DNA from: Trichodelitschia bisporula
Lineage: Eukaryota
Length of the DNA stretch: 64,000 nt
NCBI GenBank assembly: GCA_010356995.1
Contig: ML996689.1
Span: forward strand, 1,010,691-1,074,690
Direction: 5' to 3'
Within the stretch, counting starts at the first letter, position 1. Every line of letters starts with the position of its first letter. The position numbers and the translations under genes are program-made. Shown here piece after piece: positions 12,486 through 24,272 of this stretch. Below the pieces are notes generated by a model. The model saw only the letters and a list, made by a program, of their open reading frames with translations. It ran no database searches and was not told the origin of the DNA.

Positions 12486-13016
12486 CTAATGTCCGTCAGG
12501 GTCCCTCAATATGCCGTCTATCCTCCACACTTGGCCGTTAGAGACTTCGTCCATGATCTCGAGCACTTTGATATTGCCAGGTTGAATCTACTCATCAGCG
12601 ACGCAGCCTAGTGGAATGGCACCTACCCATTTCATGCCGCTCTTCGTTTCGTACACCAAAGTTGTTCCAGCAAGTGTCTGAACCTTCTTTCCCTCCTCCC
12701 ATGGGCTTTGAGCTATGATATGAAACTGCACAAATCGCCGAAGATTGTTATGGGCACGTTTTGTGCCTTCTTGACCGCCATATGCGTCAGCACCAAAGGT
12801 GCTGTAATCATCAGAGCTCTCCCAGGGCTTCCGAGACAGTTTCTCCAACTGGTCGTTGTCTGGTGCCAAAACCGTCAATTTCTGCTTGCTGTCTTGTAGG
12901 CTATCGGTGACGGAGTCTACTTCGCGGCAAAGCTCGCTGAAGATGGCGATATTTTGATGCCGAGTTACGGTGTCGAATATTGTCAGACCGGCCTGGTTAT
13001 TTCTTGAAGCGCTCAT
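12486..13016 (-). CDS. FAS1 (fasciclin) domain protein, YDR262W-like, 1 intron
   Basis: LTVLAPDN (H1 motif), LSRKPWES, NLRRFVQFHI; exon 2 IQPGNIKV..VSNGQVWRIDGIL (H2 motif). Confidence 0.85.
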
Positions 13017-13310
13017 CTTAGTTTCGTAGCTGGAGGCAGCGTTTATCGTATGGAAGGGTGCAGTATTCCCATCCCAACATAGCGAAGCAGCACAATGACG
13101 CAGCTCGAGCGGGGCAACACAGGGTCCCTCGCCAAGCTCTGGCTACAGGCACCTCCCCTTGCTCCATCCTCACTAGCTTGGCTTTCTGTTACTACGTAGA
13201 AATTCCCATCCCAACAAGCCAATCCTGCAATAACCCTTCGCCTACTCACTCACCCCCCTCCTCCCCCGTCGCATCAAATGGCCTAGATTACCAAAGTCCA
13301 TAGACTTGAA

Positions 13311-13935
13311 ATGCCGGACTTTGACACTCTTTGCATTACCGTGGTAGGTATCCCCGTGTGTGATTCAGTGCTCGCTGATTTCAATACAGGATGATCTCCG
13401 AGCGTTCCATCTTCAGCATTTTCCAGATGTTCCTTGTCCGACAGCTTTACTCGACCACTCAGCCGAACCTGTGCAAGGTGAAGATTCTACCACCTGTGGC
13501 GAGTATGACTTAGGTTACTATCCCGACGGTGTCAAGCGAACTATTACAGGCGAAGAAATCGCCATTTTCAGGCACAGCGAATTCCAGGAACTTTTAAAAG
13601 TCTACCGGGACAACGAGACTCCGGAGCCTCCCTCACCTACTCCCGGTGACCCTTCCGCAGCGATGACAGGCGATCCTGGCCGAGGCCAAGGCCAAATAGG
13701 CGAGGCTAATGGAAGGGAGCCGTTGAAGCAACGAAATAGGGGATCCCCTATGGTGAATCAGAACCCTTCAGCGTCTTCGGAGGCGTCTACTGGCCAGGAT
13801 CAACCAACAGGAACGACCGACGCACGCCATAATCCAAAAGACTTCATTCCAGAGGGGAAAGCTCACACCTTCAGAAGACAAGCGAGGGAGCTGGATGAGC
13901 AGAAATCAGAATCTGTTGAATTAGACTATGGCTAG
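13311..13935 (+). CDS. DUF3807 family protein, 1 intron
   Basis: DDLRAFHLQHF and LGYYPDGVKRTITGEEIAIFRHSE signature; C-terminal RRQARELDE..VELDY. Confidence 0.8.
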
Positions 13936-14457
13936 TTTGATTCCGGACATGAATAAAGGGGTGATGCCGATTTCAACCAGAGAGTGACGTGTGGTGCTGT
14001 AGCTTACTATGACATGAGGTGTGACATATATGATAATCACAATTTGTACATGGCAGCAGCTATCTATTACTCCGTACGTATCCAGTGTCCCTTTGCAAAA
14101 GGGTTCAAGACATTGCTTTATCGATCCCGTTTAAGGAACACCTCGCTGGATGTGCTCGGGAGCCCCTGGCTGGTTCGAACTAGAAGCTTGGCCCCGCCGC
14201 TCCAGCTCCGCATTACTTTATCGATAAGGACCCTTTGACTTGGACCGAGCTTGAAAAGTTTTGAGATTTCGAGAGTCTGCCAGCTACCATCTGACCAGTT
14301 ACCAACCGATACGCGTTGAATCTATCTCTGTATTTCCGCAACAGAGTCCAGCATACTCCTGGAATCTACATCTTCATATTCGGCGAGCTTCCAGCATCCA
14401 CGGCCCCCCCATCCGCTCCTCCGTCTACCAGTCGCGAGAGTGCGCGAGTCGCTCAAG

Positions 14458-17400
14458 ATGGTGAAGAAGGCGATGTACGCAGACAGGAACACGCGTTGAC
14501 CCAAACACTAACCTGCCATTCAGTGATTCTCGCATTCCAGCGCTCATCCGCAATGGCGCACAGGTAGGCCGATACAACCTCCGGCGCGAACCTGGGACTG
14601 ACGGCGCGTTGCGATTCAGGAAAAGAAACGTAGTTTCTTCGTCATTGTTGGCGACCGGCAAAAAGACGTGATTGTCAACCTATACCACATATTGCTGAGC
14701 GTTGACATAAAACTCAATAAGTCGGTGCTGTGGGCGTACAAGAACAAACTCCTTGGGTTCACGAGGTCTGGCAATCCTTTTAACATCGATGCACAGACTA
14801 ACGAATTCCAGTCATCGCAAAAAGCAGGAGAAGAAGATCAAAAAGGAGATCAAGCGCGGTATACGAGATGCGGACACCGAAGACCCCTTTGAACTCTTCA
14901 TCTCCACCCAGAACATCCGTTATGTGTACTACAAGGAGACCGAAAAAATCCTCGGCAACACCTACGGAATGTGCATATTGCAAGACTTTGAGGCGCTCAC
15001 TCCAAATCTGCTTGCGCGAACAATTGAGACTGTTGAAGGAGGTGGTCTGGTAATCTTGCTGCTCAAGGGCATGAATAGTCTAAAGCAGCTCTATACCATG
15101 TCCATGGATGTCCACTCCAGATACCGGACCGAAGCCCATGGCGATGTCGTTGCGCGTTTCAATGAGCGGTTTATCTTGTCATTAGGAAGCTGCGGCTCAT
15201 GCCTTGTGGTAGATGACGAACTCAATGTTCTACCTATATCAGGAGGCAAGGGTGTACAGCTTCTACCGCCACCCGTTTCTGACGAGGACTCGCCGAATCC
15301 AACCAAGAAGGAGCTTGCTCAGATCAAAGAAAGCCTCGCGGATACACAACCTGTGGGATCCCTGGTGACATTGGCAAAGACTGTCGATCAAGCCAAGGCT
15401 TTGCTTACCTTCGTCGACGCCATTGCCGAGAAATCGCTGCAGTCGACAGTGACGCTTACGGCGGCACGTGGTCGAGGAAAGTCAGCTGCCCTTGGTGTTG
15501 CCATTGCTGCTGCTATTGCCCATGGGTACAGTAATATCTTCATTACGTCGCCGAGTCCCGAGAATTTGAAGACATTGTTTGAGTTCGTTTTCAAAGGCTT
15601 CGACGCTCTTGGGTACTTGGACCATGTCGATTATTCCATCATCCAGTCAACAAATCCCGACTTCAACAAGGCCATTGTGCGAGTCAACGTTCACAGACAG
15701 CATCGCCAAACCATCCAATATATCCAGCCGCAAGATGCCTATGTGCTCGGTCAGGCAGAACTTTTGGTTATTGATGAGGCCGCAGCCATACCATTACCTC
15801 TGGTGAAGAAGTTAATGGGTCCTTACCTCATATTCATGGCTTCGACGATCAACGGATACGAGGGAACCGGACGCTCTCTCTCTCTGAAGCTCATACAGCA
15901 GCTTCGGGAACAGTCTCGCGGACACACGAAAGGACAGGACCCCTCTGGGAAAGCAGTAGACAATGCTGTGGCGGAATCAACGGGACCCTCTACTGGCGGA
16001 CGGACTCTTCGCGAGATCACGCTCTCTGAGCCCATCAGATACGCGCCTGGTGATGGCGTTGAAAAGTGGCTCAACACTCTTCTGTGTCTGGATGCTACGC
16101 TTCCGCGTGCGAAGACGAGAGCCCTGGCATGTCCGCACCCGTCGAAGTGCGAACTTCTGGCGGTTAACCGAGACACCCTCTTTTCATTCCATCCTGTCTC
16201 GGAAAAGTTCCTACAGCAAATGATGGCCTTGTATGTTGCGAGCCATTACAAGAACTCGCCAAACGACCTCCAGCTCATGTCCGATGCGCCTGCACACGAG
16301 TTGTTTGTTTTGGTTCCACCTGTCGACGAGCGCTCGGAGCGGCTGCCGGAGCCACTTTGTGTAATTCAGGTTGCCCTTGAGGGACAAATTAGCAGGGAGA
16401 GCGTCTTAAATGGACTGAGCAGAGGAGAAAGAGCCAGTGGTGATTTGATTCCTTGGCTGGTTAGCCAGCAGTTCCAAGACGAAGAATTTGCTGGCCTCTC
16501 AGGCGCCAGAGTGGTCCGAATTGCAACCAGCCCAGACTACGTCGGCATGGGCTATGGTTCCCGAGCTCTTGAATTGCTCGTCAACTTTTATGAGGGGAAG
16601 TTTATGGGCCTCACGGAAGCCGAGCTCAAGGAACCCGAACAAATGGTCAGAGTAACCGATGCTGAACTTGAAGAATCAACGCTTCTGCAGGACAACGTCA
16701 AGGTGCGAGACATTAGAAGCATGCCGCCACTTTTTGCGAGGCTCTCTGAGGCTAGGCCATCGCAACTGGACTATGTCGGCGTCAGCTATGGCTTGACGCA
16801 GCAACTGCACAAGTTTTGGAACCGTGCCAACTTCGTACCTGTTTATCTCCGGCAAACGCCAAACGACCTTACCGGGGAACATACGACCGTCATGATCCGA
16901 ACGCTTGCTCGTGAGGATGATGAGTCGAGTTGGCTTGACGCATTTTCACGCGACTTTCACAAGCGCTTGCTGGCGTTGTTTTCCTATCAATTCCGTACCT
17001 TCCCCTCTGTGCTGGCTCTCAGCGTCTCAGCATCAGCGACAGCGATCAGTGACGATGCTGAACCATTTACGAAAATGGAGCTGGACAAACTGTTTTCGCC
17101 CTTTGATCTGAAGCGCCTGGATAAGTACGCCGACCAGATGCTCGACTACCACGTTATCTTGGACATGGTGCCGCTAATTGCGACTCTGTACTTCAGCGGT
17201 AGGATCAAATCCGCTATCCATTTGTCTCGGGTACAGCAGCTCATCTTGCTTGCGGTCGGCCTCCAACGCAAAGTCATTGAGGATCTGGAAAAGGAGCTGT
17301 TGCTCACCGCATCGCAGCTGCTGGGTCTATTCATCAAGATTATGCGCAAGGTGTCGACTTACTTCCGCACGTTAGTGGAAGGGGCGGCTGCTGAGACTCT

Positions 17401-17819
17401 TCCCGAAGAGGCAGCCGGCGCACACGATGCGGAAGCGAGCGGAGAGCCAGGCACACTGCGATTCCAGCCCTTGGAGCAAAGTCTAGCGGATGAGCTGGCC
17501 GAAGGTGGTGAAGCGGTTAACAAGGCCGAGAAGGAGCGGATCCGGGCCCTGATCGATGCGAATCTTGGACAGTAAGTGGCCTGAACAGTAGACTTTGCGT
17601 GTTGCTGATACCTGCAGATATCAAATACCTGATGCGCCTGAGGAGGAATGGCAGAATGCTGCGAAGCAAGTCACTCAAGGCAAGAGCAACACCGTGAGCC
17701 TCCGAACAGGCAAGGCGAGCAGCAAACGCAAGCCTGGCGAAGCTGTGGCTGAGGCTCTGCGCGAGGCTGAGGGCGCACGGCCATCTAAGAAGCACAAGAA
17801 GGGAAGCAAGGGGAAGTAA
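14458..17819 (+). CDS. KRE33: RNA cytidine acetyltransferase Kre33/NAT10, 4 introns
   Basis: MVKKAIDSRIPALIRNG; helicase Walker A TAARGRGKSAALG; DEAAAIPLP; YEGTGRSLSLKL; GNAT RIATSPDYVGMGYGSRAL. Confidence 0.98.
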
Positions 17820-18141
17820 TGCGCTACATATCTTTGCGTCGATGTCCCTTCGCAAGGGCTTTAAGTAGCACGGCGAAGTCTTGTGGCCCAACCTAGGCGT
17901 TCGAGGCTGTGGGATGTAGTTTGCACATGAGGAGTTGGTGGCATAGCGTTCCAAGGTGTTACAATCAATCCAGGCTCGAATCCCCATCATAGTGTTTAAG
18001 TATTTTCACTTCATTCGTAACTATTGAATAGGTCATGTCATAACAAAGGAAATATCCAAAAGAAAGCGCCAATGTCCCCGATTAGACCGATATACTGACC
18101 AGCATAACTAAACAACAAACATAAATTTTCGACCCACACCT

Positions 18142-21100
18142 TTACTTACCGCCCATGAGACCACCAACGATCGGGATATTTGATGCTCCACCCTTCTTCT
18201 TCTTCTTTCCGAGGATGGACTCCGAGAGACTTCCAAGTCCAAGACCGCTGAGCAACTTGTCGATACCCAGGCCACCGAGGAGCCCGCTGACGAGGCCACC
18301 GAGTCCCAGGCCATTGAGCAAGCGACCAACCAAGCCAAGCACACCGGCAAGCAACAGCCCGACTGCAGCGATGATCTGGAACAGCGGCTCCGTGAGCAAA
18401 CCCCACAAGGGATTCAACTTCTTCTTGGCATGCGGCATGTCCTGAATCTTCTTCTTCGCGTTGTCGATGGTCGTGACAACCGTCGTCGTGAGCTCCTTGA
18501 GGTTGTCTGCGAGGGCGTACTCTTCGGGGGTTGCTTCGCGAGTAGCTGAGCGGCCCTTGGCTTGCGCTGCGATGCGGCCGTCGGGGTCGAGACCGCGCAG
18601 AGAACCATTGCATTCCGAGAGGATGCGGCCACCCTCTTCGATGAGCGGCTTGACGTTATTGACAAGCTCCTCTTCGTCGAGCTCGTCGCGAGGAGTACGG
18701 TCTGCGGCCTCGATGTACTTGGGACTTCGTTAGTTCTGACTCTTAACAAACAGGATGATGAACTTACGTCGGTGATCTGCTTGCATACAGGCTGGATGCG
18801 CTCAAGCGTTTGCGTGCAGATGGCGGACATCTTGTTCGCAAGCTCGGCATCTTCCTTCTTCTTGCGCAGTTCTTCCTGCTCCTCCTCCGTGAGACCTTCC
18901 TCCTCCTCTGGAGCGATGTTCTCGAGCAGAGTGACTTCTCCAACCTTGTTGCCGTCATTGTCCACAACGTAGCCGTTGTCGTCGATCTCAAAGCCAGTGC
19001 AATGGCCAAGATCGCCGGCGGTGAGACGACCAATGATGTCACCATTATTGTCACGGACTTCACCTTCCTTGTTGACACGGAGACCAGACATGGGGTTGAC
19101 GCGACGCTCCTTCTCTTCAGGCTCCCACCGCTCAGCCTTGCCGATGGTATTGCCCTTCTTGTCGGTGATGTCGCCATCCTCATCCACCTTGTGGCCAACA
19201 AGCTTCTTCACATCACCCTCAATAACACGTCCAACGACGTCGCCATCGGGTGTCTTGACAAGGCCATCCTTGTGGACAGTGACGTTATCGAAGCCAGAGA
19301 AGGGACCGTCTGGAGCAGTGTCGGCGCCTTGTACCAGCTCGGCGCGCCCGATAACCTGACCGGAATTGTCCCAGATCTGGCCCTGGCCGTCCACGCTTCT
19401 GCCAATGAGATTCTTCAGGTCCCCCTCGGCGACGCGACCAAGAATCTTGCCCGAGGAATCGACAACGTTGCCTGCCTTGTTGACGGTACAGCCCTTGAGG
19501 GCGGATAAGTCGGCCTCAGGAGCCTCCTCCTCCTCGTACGGCTCGGCGTGACCCTTGACATTGCCATACTTGTCGATGATGTCGCCATCCTCGTCAACAG
19601 ACAACCCAACGAGGCGCTTGGCGTTCCCATCGACGATGCGACCCACCCTGTTGCCGTCCTCGTCTTCGACGAATCCATCCTTGACAACGCGAAGGCCCTC
19701 CAGGCCCGCAAACGGCCCTTCCGTCTTGTGTACCCGTTCGTTAGCCGGGATGAGTTCGCATCGGCCAACAACGTGACCCTCGTCATCCCAAATCTGGCCT
19801 TCACCATCGACCTTCTTGCCGGCCAGCTCCTTTGCGTTGCCCTCGACAAGGCGACCGATAGGGATTCCATCATCGCCAATGACATTGCCTTGCTTGTTGA
19901 GCTTCTTACCAGCAAGAATACTGAGATCTGGCTTCTCAGCCTCGGGTTCCTGCTCGGCCTCCGGTTGCTCCCAGCGCTCGGCGTGGCCGATGATGGTGCC
20001 GTTCTTGTCGAGGATGTCACCGTCTTCGTCCACAGCACGGCCGACGAGCTTCTTGAGCTCGCCTTCGACGATTTCTCCGACAATGTTGCCATTCTCGTCC
20101 ACCACTTTGCCCTCATTGTTGACAATGAGGCCCTCAAGACCGGCAAACTGCCCTTCTTCATCCCGCTCCTCCTGAGGGACGGTTTGTGCACGGCCAATGA
20201 TGTGACCCTTGTTGTCCCAGAACTGTCCTTCCTTGTCGCAGGTGGCGCGCATCTTGGATAGCTTCTTCGCATCTCCTTCGATGAGCTCACCGACAACGTT
20301 GCCGTCCTTGTCCACGAGCTTTCCGGCCTTGTTGACAACCAGGCCCTCTAAGATGGAGAGTGGAGGCAATTCGGGGCCAGTTTCCTCCTCGGGCTGCTGC
20401 TCATCCTCTGGCTCCTGCCCTTCCACAAGCTCGGCATCGCCTTCCTCGCCCTCCGGTGCAGGCTCTTCGACGGCCTCGGGCGCCTCCTCTTCGCCTTGTT
20501 GAGGGAGCGTCTTGACACGGCCAATGACTTTGCCATCCTTGTCGAGGACTTCGCCCTTGTCGTTGCAGGTCTTTCCAGCGCAGGCGGCCACGTCACCGTC
20601 AACAAGTTCGCCAATGGGCTCACCCTCTTCATCAAGGATTTTGCCCTTCTTATTGACCTTGAGACCGTTCAGAATTTCGAGGCCGGGCAGTGTTGGACCC
20701 TTGTCTCCAAGCCTCTCGTGCAAGGCCTTGACGGCTTCGTATGCAGCATCACCAGGAATCACCCGCACCTTTCCGATGACCTTGCCCTTGTCGTCGAGGA
20801 CTTCACCCTTGTCGTTCACGGTCTTGCGCGCACACTGGGCAGCGTCACCCTCGATCAGTTCGCCGATCGGCTCGCCTTCTTCGTCGAGGATCTTTCCCTT
20901 CTTGTTGACCTTCAAGCCGTCGAGAATGCGGAGATCGAGCTGGCCAGCTTGGGCGAGGATCTCTTGGGCGCCCTCGGCAAGTTCAACCTTGCCAATGATG
21001 TTGCCCTCCTCATCCAAAACTTCACCCTTGTCGTTGATCGTCATGCCCTTCACGTCTTTGGCTTCACCTTCAGTGAGCTTTCCGAGCACATTGCCCTCGT

Positions 21101-22491
21101 CGTCGACAACTTCGCCAACCGAGTTGAGGTCGTGGCCCTCGAGAGCCTCGATACCGGGGAGTTCCTGGCCAACCTCGCCGGCGCCTTCTTTTGCGTCGTC
21201 AATGGCATCGCCAGTCTCCTCCGTGGCCTTCTCTGCCTCATCCTTGACGTCTTCGGTCGCGCCCTCTGCTTCCTCCTGAGGCAGAAGGTTTGCAGCCTCC
21301 GGATGAACGCGGGCTCGGCCAATGACATTTCCGTCTTCGTCCAAGATTTCGCCGCGCTCATTGAATGGCTTGCCTGCCAGCTCAGCCGGATTGCCTTCGT
21401 ACAGCTGGCCGACGGTGTCACCGTCATCATTGAGAATAAGGCCAGTCCTATCGCAAGTCAAGCCCTTGAGGATTTCAACGCCGGGCAGCTTCGGTTCGTC
21501 CGCTTCTTCGGCATCATCACCGCTAGCAGCCTTGCGCTCCGATTCGGGTAGCAGCTCACAACGGCCGACGAGATCGCCGTCATCGTCGAGAATTTCGCCA
21601 TTGTCGGCGATCGGGTAGCCGACCAGATCCTCGGCGTCTCCTTCGGCCAGCTTGCCGACGGGATTGCCATCCTTGTCGTGAATGAGTCCCTCCTGGTCAA
21701 CTTCAAGACCTTTCAGGATTGACAGGTCAAGCGGATCTTCAGCAGCTTGATCGGCAGCCTGGCCGGTAGCGTCTTCGGTCGTAGACTTCGCTGTCTCTGC
21801 CGACTCTTCGACTGCTTCCGTAGCCGCCTCCGGAGCCGCCTCGGCCTCTTCAGGAGCGTTTTCGGTATCTTCGGCCTCTTCGACGCTTTCGGGAACTGTG
21901 CTGGTTGGTGCCTGCTCGGTTGCTTCATCGCGATGCTCATCAGAAGCAGCATCGGTTTCGCCGGCAGTGTCGCCGGCCATCTCATCACGCTCGTCGTCGG
22001 CTTCGGCAGCACCTTCTTCGTCCTCGTTGGCGCTCGCATCATCAGCTCCGGCTTCCGTATCCTCGGGTTCTTCGATGGGCTCGGGTGGCTGCTCCTTCAG
22101 AGCCTCCTCCTTCTTCTTTGTCTTGAGGGGCGCATCGTCTTGGGGTTCGTCGGCTTCGCTGATGGCAGTGTCGCTAGCGGAATCCTTGATTTCAGCGGCT
22201 TCGGGAGTCTCCTCCGTTTCCGGCTTTTCCGGCTTTTCCTATCCCAAATGAGTAAGGAGGTCTCATACGGAGGCTGACGCAGGGTCCACTTACGCTGGTT
22301 GGCTGAGACTTCCGAGCGAGTTTGGTAGGGGTGCGGGGGGTATTGCCCGTCTTTCCAGCAGCGGGGGAAGGCATGGTGGGAGATGTAGGGGAAGTAGGAG
22401 TGGGAGTAGAGGGTTGAGTTCGCTGAGATGGTGATGCTCTGTGAGGAGTGGGTGGAAAAGAATAGTATTGATATGGGGATGGGTTGCTCAT
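18142..22491 (-). CDS. Large acidic DUF3659-repeat ('LEA domain') protein, 2 introns; start could be 22491 or 22374
   Basis: 12 GxxVxxxGxIxDxxGxxIGxLxEGD-type double repeats, an acidic N-terminus, a helical region and a Gly/Leu-rich amphipathic C-terminus (ORF 18142-18438). Confidence 0.85.
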
Positions 22492-24272
22492 AAAAGTACC
22501 GTCATTACACGACGGGGTTGGTTGGTTGATTCGAGAAGGGGTGTGCAGATACTTCTAGCTAGTTGGATGGGGTTGATGTTTGAGAGGCGAGTTGAAGAAG
22601 CTAATGGGAGGACTGGGGAAAGGCAGACGAAGGGACATAAATGCAAGTGAGAAGCTTCTGGGTAGGTTGAAATGACGTAGAGACCTGGTACTAGCGACCT
22701 CTAGGCTGACCTGAGACGGGGGGGCGGAAGAGGGGAAGAAGGGACCGTGAGTAGCCCTGATTGATTGGAAGGTTGGTGGAGAGAGAAATCAGGGTTAGCA
22801 GAGCCAGAGGGGAGCGAGTGGAGATTGTGTTTGGGATGTTTGGAGAGAATTGCGTCACAATCGGGGGATGCTCCTGAAGGGGACTGGGAGGTAGGGGGGA
22901 GAGGGGACTTGTGTGTGGTGAGGGGGGAGACAGTACTTTGGCACTTTGGTAGCAACATACGAGGGAGGATTTGTGGAGTGGGATTGACTGAGAGAAACAC
23001 GCGTTCTGATTGGAAGGGTTTCGCTATGCTGTGACAGTCTCTTACCTCTCTAGTGCTTCCCATGCAGTTGCTGTACGCCTTCATGCGCGTCTGCCGTGTT
23101 TCTTGCTGGACCATTGTCTTGTCTTCAATACGTTGTCGGGTGGAGGAGACGGGGACATCGGAGAGTGAGAAGCTTCCGTGCTCTGCGAGAACAATGTGTG
23201 TGACGTCAAGGAACCGTACATAGTGTCCCATAGCTCGAGCCACAAGGATACTCGCCACTTTTACCCATGCTCATGGCGTGGTTTATGGTTGCACGGTTGT
23301 GTCGGTGGCTGGAGAGGGCTTTGTGGTCAGGACCTCTCAGTGAATACGCAGTACCGTAGAAAAGCGAGATTTGACGTGGGTAAAAGGGACCAAAGAGAGT
23401 GAAAGGTTGGCATGATCCATGTTCATTTTGCCTGTTTCGTGGCTAGAAAGGCCGGACCGGGGGGGGGGAAGAGTGGCGGAGGAGAGGAGAAGGACAGGAA
23501 AGGATGAGGGGAAAGATGTTGAAAGCCATAATGCATGATGTCATTCCACTTGGCGATCTCTTCTCGAGTCTCCATGATCCCTGTCTGGTTTCGTCAGCCC
23601 CCCCCGCCCCCGCACCGTTTTAACTTCCGCTCGACGCTAAAGGCTTCCCTGTACGGAAGAAGTCGTTGCAGACTGTGATATGTAATAATAGCAGATACGG
23701 CCTGCATTGACTTTTTGGCGGTAGTCAGCCCTCTCTGTTCTGGTCAAACCTCCGAAATGATGGCAATTGGATGGAAGAAAATACACACCATCTCATCGTC
23801 TCATCTAGAAAACCGTTGTACCTTACCTTTTCGAGCGCGCGCCGTTGGTACCATCCGTTCTTCCTTCGCTTCTACGGTAATGGAACGGCTTAACCCCATG
23901 GAGATTATCTGTCCTGCATCTTTAGTCTTAATCCACAAGAACCGCACCTCCCCACGCCTTTTCCTTGCTCACTTCGTACCTGCGTGGGACGGTTCAAACC
24001 TCACAGCAATCCTGATTAGCACGTGGAGATGGAACGGAGGCTATGTTATCCCGGCCTTGGCGGGGTAAGCACTTACCTTTAGGGTGTCTTCGGCCTCCCC
24101 CTCCTCCAAGTCTAACCCCCGCTCCCCGTCGCTTGACGTTTGGACTGCAAAACCTGAATTGATTCATTGGCCTTTGTTTTCCGTGTGTTTTCACATTTGT
24201 CTGCTGTCATCTTCGCCGCTGCAATTGCCGCCGTAGTGAAAAAAAACCGCTGTGTTGCTTATCGTGTCCGCA

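Noticed and set aside
18461..22277. Many long plus-strand ORFs (up to 351 aa) opposite the DUF3659 gene
   Set aside because: Antisense shadows of a GC3-biased repetitive CDS; no independent protein features. The same applies to shadows over RFC2, PRP16, SNX4 and NOP14.
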